Below are positions 55,801 to 64,000 of a DNA stretch of 64,000 nucleotides, in pieces. The notes below the pieces were generated by a model, which saw only the letters and a list, made by a program, of their open reading frames with translations, searched no databases and was not told the origin of the DNA. The stretch covers positions 67,456,001-67,520,000 of the forward strand of contig OX597826.1 of NCBI GenBank assembly GCA_951406725.2, written 5' to 3'. Position 1 is the first letter of the stretch; each line of letters begins with the position of its first letter. The DNA comes from Octopus vulgaris (Eukaryota). The position numbers and the translations under genes were made by a program.

Positions 55801-58800
55801 TCGAATTTTCACTAGTGAGCAGTAGATCGAATTTCTGCTAGCGGACATTTCATCGAATATTCTCTAGCGGACAGATGATCGAATTTTCACTAGTGGAAAG
55901 TTGATCGAATTTTTGCTAGCGGACAGTTGATCAGATTTTCGCTAGTGGACAGTTGATCGAATTTCTGCTAGCTGGCAGTTGATCGAATTTTATCTAGCGG
56001 ACAGTTGATCGAATTTTCTCTAGTGGAGAGTTGACCGAATTTCTGCTTGCGGACAGTTGATCGAATTTTCGCTTGTGGACAGTTGATCGAATTTCTGCTA
56101 GCGGACAGATGATCGAATTTTCACTAGTAGACAGTTGATCGAAATTTCGCTAGTGGACAGTTGATCGAATTTCTGCTAGCGGACAGTTGATCGAATTTTC
56201 ACTAGTGAACATTTGATCGAATTTCTGCGAGCGGATATTTGATCGAAATTTCGCTTGTGGACAGGTGATCGAATTTCTGCTTGCGGACAGTAGATCGAAA
56301 TCTCACTTGTGGTCAATTGATCGAATTTTCGCTTGTGGAAAGTTGATAGAATTTTCGGTTGTGGAAAGTTGATCGAATTTTCGCTAGTGGACAGTTGTTC
56401 GAATTTTCGCTAATGGACAGTTGATCGAATTTCCGCTAGTGGACAGTTGATCGAATTTTAGCTAGTGGGCAGTCTATTGAATTTCTGCTAGCGGAGAGTT
56501 GATTGAATTTTCGCTTCTGGACAATTGATCGAATTTCTGCTAGCGGACAGTTGATAGAATTTTCTGTAGCGGACAGTTGATAGAATTTTCTCTAGCGGAC
56601 AGTTGATCGAATTTTCTCTAGCGGACAGTTGATCGAATTTTCACTAGTGGACAGTTGATCGAATTTCTGCTATGGGACAGTTGACCGAATTTTCTCTAGC
56701 GGTCAATTGATCGAATTTTCACTTGTGGACAGTTGATCGAATTTCTGCTAGCGGACAGTTGATCGAATTTTCGCTTGTGGACAATTGATCGAATTTTCTC
56801 TTGCTTACAGTTGATCGAATATTTGCTAGTGGAAAGTTGATCGAATAGTCGCTAGTGGATTGTTGATCGAATTGTTGCTTGTGGACAGTTGATCGAATAG
56901 TCGCTAGTGGAGAGTTGATCGAATTTTTGCTTGTGGACAGTTGATCGAATTATCGCTAGAGGACAGTTGTTCGAATTTTCGATAGTGGACAGTTGATCGA
57001 ATTTCCACTAGTGGACAGTTGATCGAATTTTCGCTATTGGACAGTCGATTGAATTTCTGCTAGCGGTGAGTTGATCGAATTTCTTATAGCAGACAATTGA
57101 TCGAATTGTCGCTTGTGGACAGTTGATCGAATTTTATCTACCGGACAGTTGATCGAATTTTCACTAGTGAACAGTTGATCGAATTTCTGCTAGCGGACAG
57201 TTGATCGAATTTTCTCTAGCGGACAATTGATCGAATTTTCACTAGTGAACAGTTGATATAATTTTCGCTTGTGGACAGTTGATCGAATATCTGCTTGCGG
57301 ACAGTTGATCGAATTTTATCTAGCGGACAGTTGATCGAATTTTCCCTAGTGAACAGTTGATCGAATTTCTGCTAGCGGACATTTCATCGAATTTTCGCTT
57401 GTGGAAAGTTGATGGAATTTTCGCTAGTGGACAGTTGATCGAATTTTCTTTAGCGGACAATTGATCGACTTTTCAATAGTGGACAGTTGATCGAATTTCT
57501 GAAAGCGGACAGTTGATCGAATATTCTCTAGCGGACAGTTGATCGAATTTTCTCTAGCGGACAGTTGATCGAATATCTGCTAGCGGACAGTTGATCAAAT
57601 TTTCACTAGTAGAGAGTTGATCGAATTTCTGCTATCGGACAGTTGATCGAATTTTCGCTTGTGGACAGTTGATCGAATTTCTGCTAGCAGACAGTTGAAG
57701 GAATTTTATCTAGCGGACAGTTGATCGAATTTTCACTAGTGACCAGTTGATCGATTTCTGCTAGCAGACAGTTGATCGAATTTTCTCTAGCGGACAATTG
57801 ATCGAATATTCACTACTGAACAGTTGATCGAATTTTCGCTAGTGGACAGTTGGTCGAATTTTCGCTTGTGGGAAGTTGATCGAATTTTCGCTTGTGGACA
57901 GTTGATCGAATTTCTGCTAATGGACAGTTGATCGAATTTTCTCTACCAGAAATTCAATCTCAACAAGCGAAAATTCGATCAACTTCCCACAAGCGAAAAT
58001 TCGATCAACTTCCACTAGCGAAAATTCGATCAACTGTTCACTAGTGAATATTCGATCAATTGTCCGCTAGAGAAAATTCGATCAACTGTCCGCTAGCAGA
58101 AATCGATCAACTGTTCATTAGTGAAAATTCGATCAACTGTCCGCTAGATAAAATTCGATCAACTGTTTGCTAGCAGAAATTCGATCAACTGTCCACAAGC
58201 AAAAATTCGATCAACTGTCCGTTTGCAGAAATTCGATCAACTGTCTACTAGTGAAAATTCGATCAATTGTCTGCTATAAGAAATTCGATCAACTCACCGC
58301 TAGCAGAAATTCAATCGACAGTCCAATAGCGAAAATTCGATCAACTTTCCACTAGTGGAAATTCGATCAACTGTCCACTAGCGAATATTCGAACAACTGT
58401 CCACCAGCGATAATTCGATCAACTGTCCACAAGCGAAAATTTGTTAAAATGTCCACAAGCGAAAATTCGATCAAATGTCCTCTAGCAAAAATTCGATCAA
58501 CACTCCACAAGCGAATATTAAATCAACTGTCCGCTAGCAGAAATTCGATCAACTGTCCACTAGTGAAAATTCGATCAACTGTCCGCGAGCAGAAATTCGA
58601 TCAACTGTCCGCTAGAGAAAATTCGATCAACTGTCCGCTAGAGAATATTCGATCAACTGTCCGCTAGCAAAAATTCGATCAACTGTCCGCTTGCAGAAAT
58701 TCGATTAACTGTCCACTAGTGAAAATTCGATCAATTGTCCGGTAGAGAAAATTCGATCAACTGTCCATTAGCAGAAATTCTGAATTTCTGCTAGCGGTGA

Positions 58801-61800
58801 GTTGATCGAATTTCTTATAGCAGAAATACGATCAACTGTCCACTAGCGAAAATTCGATCAACTTTGCACAAGCGAAAATTCTATCAACTGTCTGCTAACA
58901 GAAATTCGATCAACTATCCACTAGCGAAAATTCGATCAACTTTGCACAAGCGGAAATTCGATCAACTGTCCACAAGCGAAAATTAAATCAACTGTCCGCT
59001 AGAAGAAATTCGATGAACTGTACGCTAGAGAAAATTCGATCAATTGTCCGCTAGAGAATATTCGATCAACTGTCCGCTAGCGAAAATTCGATCAACTGTC
59101 CGCTTGCAGAAATTCGATCAACTGTCCACTAGAGAAAATTCGATCAACTTTCCACAAGCAAAATTCGATCAACTGTCCGCTAGCAGAAATTCGATCAACT
59201 GTCTACAAGCGAAAATTAAATCAACTGTCCGCTAGCAGAAATTCGATCAACTGTCCACTAGTGAAAATTGATCGAATTTCAACTGTCCGCTAGCAGAAAT
59301 TCGATCAACTGTCCGCTAGAAAAATTCGATCAATTGTCTGGTAGAGAAAATTCGATCAACTGTCCGCTTGCAGAAATTCGATCAACTGTCCACTAGAGAA
59401 AATTCGATCAACTTTCCACAAGCGAAAATTCGATCAACTGTCCGCTAGCAGAAATTCAATCAACTGTCAACAAGCGAAAATTCGATCAACTTCCCACAAG
59501 CGAAAATTCGATCAACTGTCCACTAGCGAAAATTCGATCAACTGTTCACTAGTGAATATTCGATCAATTGTCTGCTAGAGAAAATTCGATGTCCCCTAGC
59601 AGAAATCGATCAACTGTTCACTAGTGAAAATTCGATCAACTGTCCGCTAGATATAATTCGATCAACTGTTTGCTAGCAGAAATTCGATCAACTCTCCACA
59701 AGCGAAAATTCGATCAACTGTCCGCTAGCGAAAATTCGATCAACTGTTCAGTAGTGAATATTCGATCAATTGTCCGCTAGAGAAAATTCGATCAACTGTC
59801 TGCTAGCAGAAATTCGATCAACTGGTCACTAGTGAAAATTCGATCAACTGTCCGCTAGATAAAATTCCTTCAACTGTCTGCTAGCAGAAATTCGATCAAC
59901 TGTCCACAAGCGAAAATTCGATCAACTGTCCGCTAGCAGAAATTCGATCAACTGTCTACTAGTGAAAATTTGATCAACTGTCCGCTAGCAGAAATTCGAT
60001 CAACTGTCCGCTAGAGAAAATTCGATCAACTGTCCGCTAGAGAATATTCGATCAACTGTCCGCTTTCAGAAATTCGATCAACTGTCCACTAGTGAAAAGT
60101 CGATCAATTGTCCGCTAGAGAAAATTCGATCAACTGTCCACTAGCGAAAATTCCATCAACTTCCACAAGCGAAAATTCGATGAAATGTCCGCTAGCAGAA
60201 ATTCGATCAACTGTTCACTAGGGAAAATTCGATCAACTGTCCGCTAGAGAAAATTCGATCAACTGTCCGCTAGCAGAAATTCGATCAACTGTCCACTAGC
60301 GAAAATTCGATCAACTGTCCGCTAGCAAAAATTCGATCAACTGTCCACTAGTGAAAATTCGATCATCTGTCCATTAGCAGAAATTCGATCAAATGTTCAC
60401 TAGTGAAAATTCGATCAACTGTCAGCTAGCAGAAATTCGATCAACTGTCCACTAGCGAAAATTCGATCAACTGTCCACTAGTGAAAATTCGATGATCTGT
60501 CCGCTAGCAGAAATTCGATTAACTGTCCACAAGCGAAAATTCGATCAACTGTCCGCTAGTAGAAATTCGGTCAACTGTCCACTAGAAAAAATTCGATCAA
60601 CTGTCCGCTAGCAGAAATTCGATCAACTGTCCGGTAGAGAATATCCGATCAACTGTCCGTTGCAGAAATTCGATCAACTGTCCACTAGTGAAAATTCGAT
60701 CAATTGTCCGCTACAGAAAATTCGATCAACTGTCCTGCTAGCAGAAATTCGATCAACTGTCCACTACCGAAAATTCGATCACCTTTCCACAAGCGAAAAT
60801 TCGATCAAAAATCCGCTTGCAGAAATACGATCAACTGTCCACTAGCGAAAATTCGATCATCTTTCCACAAGCGAAAATTCGATCAACTGTCCGCTAGCAG
60901 AAATTCGATCAACTGTCCACTAGCGAAAATTCGATCAACTTTCCACAAGCGAAAATTCGATCAACTGTCCGCTCGCAGAAATTCGATCAACTGTCCACAA
61001 GCGAAAATTCGATCATCTTCCCACAAGCGAAAATTCGATTAACTGTCCACTAACGAAAATTCGATCAACTGTTCACTAGTGAATATTCGATCAATTTTCC
61101 TCTAGAGAAAATTCGATCAACTGTCCCCTAGCAGAAATCGATCAACTGTTCACTAGTGAAAATTCGATCAACTCTCCGCTAGATAAAATTCGATCAACTG
61201 TCTGCTAGCAGAAATTCGATCAACTGTCCACAAGCGAAAATTCGATCAACTATCCGCTAGCAGAAATTCGATCAAGTGTCTACTAGTGAAAATTTGATCA
61301 ACTGTCCGCTAGCAGAAATTCGATCAACTGTCCGCTAGAGAATATTCGATCAACTGTCCGCTTTCAGAAATTCGATCAACTGTCCACTAGTGAAAAGTCG
61401 ATCAATTGTCCGCTAGAGAAAATTCGATCAACTGTCCACTAGCGAAAATTCCATCAACTTTCCACAAGCGAAAATTCGATCAACTGTCCGCTAGCAGAAA
61501 TTCGATCAACTGTCAACTAGCGAAAATTCGATCAACTGTCCGCTAGCAAAAATTCGATCAACTGTCCACTAGTGAAAATTCGATCATCTGTCCATTAGCA
61601 GAAATTCGATCAAATGTTCACTAGTGAAAATTCGATCAACTGTCAGCTAGCAGAAATTCGATCAACTGTCCACTAGCGAAAATTCGATCAACTGTCCACT
61701 AGTGAAAATTCGATGATCTGTCCGCTAGCAGAAATTCGATTAACTGTCCACAAGCGAAAATTCGATCAACTGTCCGCTAGCAGAAATTTGGTCAACTGTC

Positions 61801-64000
61801 CACTAGAGAAAATTCGATCAACTGTCCGCTAGCAGAAATTCGATCAACTGTCCGCTAGAGAATATCCGATCAACTGTCCGCTTGCAGAAATTCGATCAAC
61901 TGTCCACTAGTGAAAATTCGATCAATTGTCCGCTAGAGAAAATTCGATCAACTGTCCTGCTAGCAGAAATTCGATCAACTGTCCACTACCGAAAATTCGA
62001 TCACCTTTCCACAAGCGAAAATTCGATCAACAATCCGCTAGCAGAAATACGATCAACTGTCCACTAGCGAAAATTCGATCATCTTTCCACAAACGAAAAT
62101 TCGATCAACTGTCCGCTAGCAGAAATTCGATCAACTGTCCACTAGCGAAAATTCGATCAACTTTGCACAAGCGAAAATTAAATCAACTGTCCGCTAGCAG
62201 AAATTCGATCAACTGTCCACTAGTGAAAATTCGATCAATGTCCGCTAGCAGAAATTCGATCAACTGTCCGCTAGAGAAAATTCGATCAATTGTCCGCTAG
62301 AGAATATTCGATCAACTGTCCGCTAGCGAAAATTCGATCAACTGTCCGCTTGCAGAAATTCGATCAACTGTCCACTAGTGAAAATTCGGTCAATTGTCCG
62401 GTAGAGAAAATTCGATCAACTGTCCTGCTAGCAGAATTTCGATCAACTGTCCACTAGAGAAAATTCGATCAACTTTCCACAAGCGAAAATTCGATCAACT
62501 GTCCGCTAGCAGAAATTCGATCAACTGTCCACAAGCGAAAATTCGATCATCTTCCCACAAGCGAAAATTCGATCAACTGTCCACTAGCGAAAATTCGATC
62601 AACTGTTCACTAGTGAATATTCGATCAATTTTCCGCTAGAGAAAATTCGATCAACTGTCCCCTAGCAGAAATCGATCATCTGTTCACTAGTAAAAATTCG
62701 ATCAACTCTCCGCTAGATAAAATTCGTTCAACTGTCTGCTAGCAGAAATTCGATCAACTGTCCACAAGCGAAAATTCGATCAACTGTCCGCTAGCAGAAA
62801 TTCGATCAACTGTCTACTAGTGAAAATTTGATCAACTGTCCGCTAGCAGAAATTCGATCAACTGTCCGCTAGAGAAAATTCGATCAACTGTCCGCTAGAG
62901 AATATTCGATCAACTGTCCGCTTGCAGAAATTCGATCAACTCTCCACTAGTGAAAATTCGATCAATTGTCCGCTAGAGAAATTTCGATCAACTGTCCACT
63001 AGCGAAAATTCGATCAACTTTCCATAAGCGAAAATTCGATGAAATGTCCGCTAGCAGAAATTCGACCAACTGTTCACTAGGGAAAATTCGATCTACTGTC
63101 CGCTAGATAAAATTCGATCAATTGTCCGCTAGCAGATATTCGATCAACTGTCCACAAGCGAAAATTCGATCAACTGTTCACTAGTGAAAATTCGATCAAT
63201 TGTCCGCTAGAGTAAATTCGATCAACTGTCCGCTAGCAGAAATTCAATCAACTGTCCGCAAGCAGAAATTCGATCAACTGTCCACTAGTGAAAATTCAAT
63301 CAACTGTCCGCAAGCAGTAATTCGATCAACTGTCCACCAGTGAAAATTCGATCAACTGTCCATTAGCGAAAATTTGATCAACTGTCCGCTAGAGAAAATT
63401 CGATCAACTGTCCGCCAGCAGAAATTCGATCAACTGTTCACTAGTGAAAATTCGATCAACTGTCCGCTAAATAAAATTCGATCAACTGTCCGCCAGCAGA
63501 AATTCGATTAACTGTTCATTAGTGAAAATTCGATCAACTGTCCGCTAGATAAAATTCGATCAACTGTCCGCTAGCAGAAATTTGATCAACTGTCCACAAG
63601 CGAAAATTCGATCAACTGTCCGCAAGCAGAAATTCAATCAACTGTCCACTAGTGAAAATTCAATCAACTTTCCGAAAGCAGAAATTCGATCAACTGTCCA
63701 CCAGCGACAATTCGATCAACTGTCCACTAGCGCAAATTTGATCAACTGTCTGCTAGAGAAAATTCGATGAACTGTCCGCTAGCAGAAATTCGATCAACTG
63801 TCCACTAGCGAAAATTCGATCAACTTTCCACAAGTGAAAATTCTATCAACTGTCCGCTAGCAGAAATTCGATCAACTGCCCACTAGCGAAAATTCGATCA
63901 CCTTTCAACAAGCGAAAATTCGATCAACTTGTCCCATAGCAGAATTTCGATCAACTGTTCACTATTGAAAATTCGATCAACTGTCCGCTAGATAAAATTC
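49871..64000. repeat. Satellite DNA array, 26-bp monomer (~540 copies, runs off the window end)
   Basis: Conserved AAATTCGATCAACTGTCC plus a variable 8-mer (GCTAGCAG, ACTAGCGA, GCTAGAGA, ACAAGCGA, ACTAGTGA, GCTAGATA). Spacing 26 (e.g. 50521, 50547). Reverse orientation at 54655-57947. Confidence 0.97.

Noticed and set aside
51628-63770. ORFs such as KIRSTVH/KFDQLS/NSINCP
   Set aside because: Translations of the 26-bp monomer cycling through frames, with frequent stops.
49871-64000. CRISPR-like repeat/spacer array (constant 18-mer plus variable segment)
   Set aside because: Variable parts are only 8 bp, drawn from a few related types and not unique. Eukaryotic context with no cas genes. It is a satellite.

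Overview
AT-rich eukaryotic non-coding DNA with no convincing host gene. The SINE families and the extreme (TA)/(CA)/(TCTA)/(TTA) microsatellite load resemble octopus (coleoid cephalopod) DNA; this is from recalled consensus sequences and was not searched. Bases 1-46.9 kb are a transposon graveyard. It holds four tRNA-derived SINE families; decayed R4/Dong, RTE and L1/Tx1 LINEs; Tc1/mariner and hAT transposase fragments; an intact-ended non-autonomous Helitron; fold-back elements; and non-coding Penelope/retrozyme-like inserts (partial tandem plus inverted copy) sitting in (TA)n tracts, several with hammerhead-ribozyme-like cores. Bases 46.9-49.9 kb are a decayed Mag-clade Ty3/gypsy element with a triplicated tRNA-Ser primer-binding site, cut off mid-integrase. 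From 49871 to the window end is a >14 kb satellite with a 26-bp monomer. The monomer is itself an imperfect palindrome of two 13-bp halves, and the array contains a 3.3-kb in-register inversion, micro-inversions and higher-order duplications of 47 and about 74 monomers. Almost all ORF-track entries are microsatellite or satellite translations.
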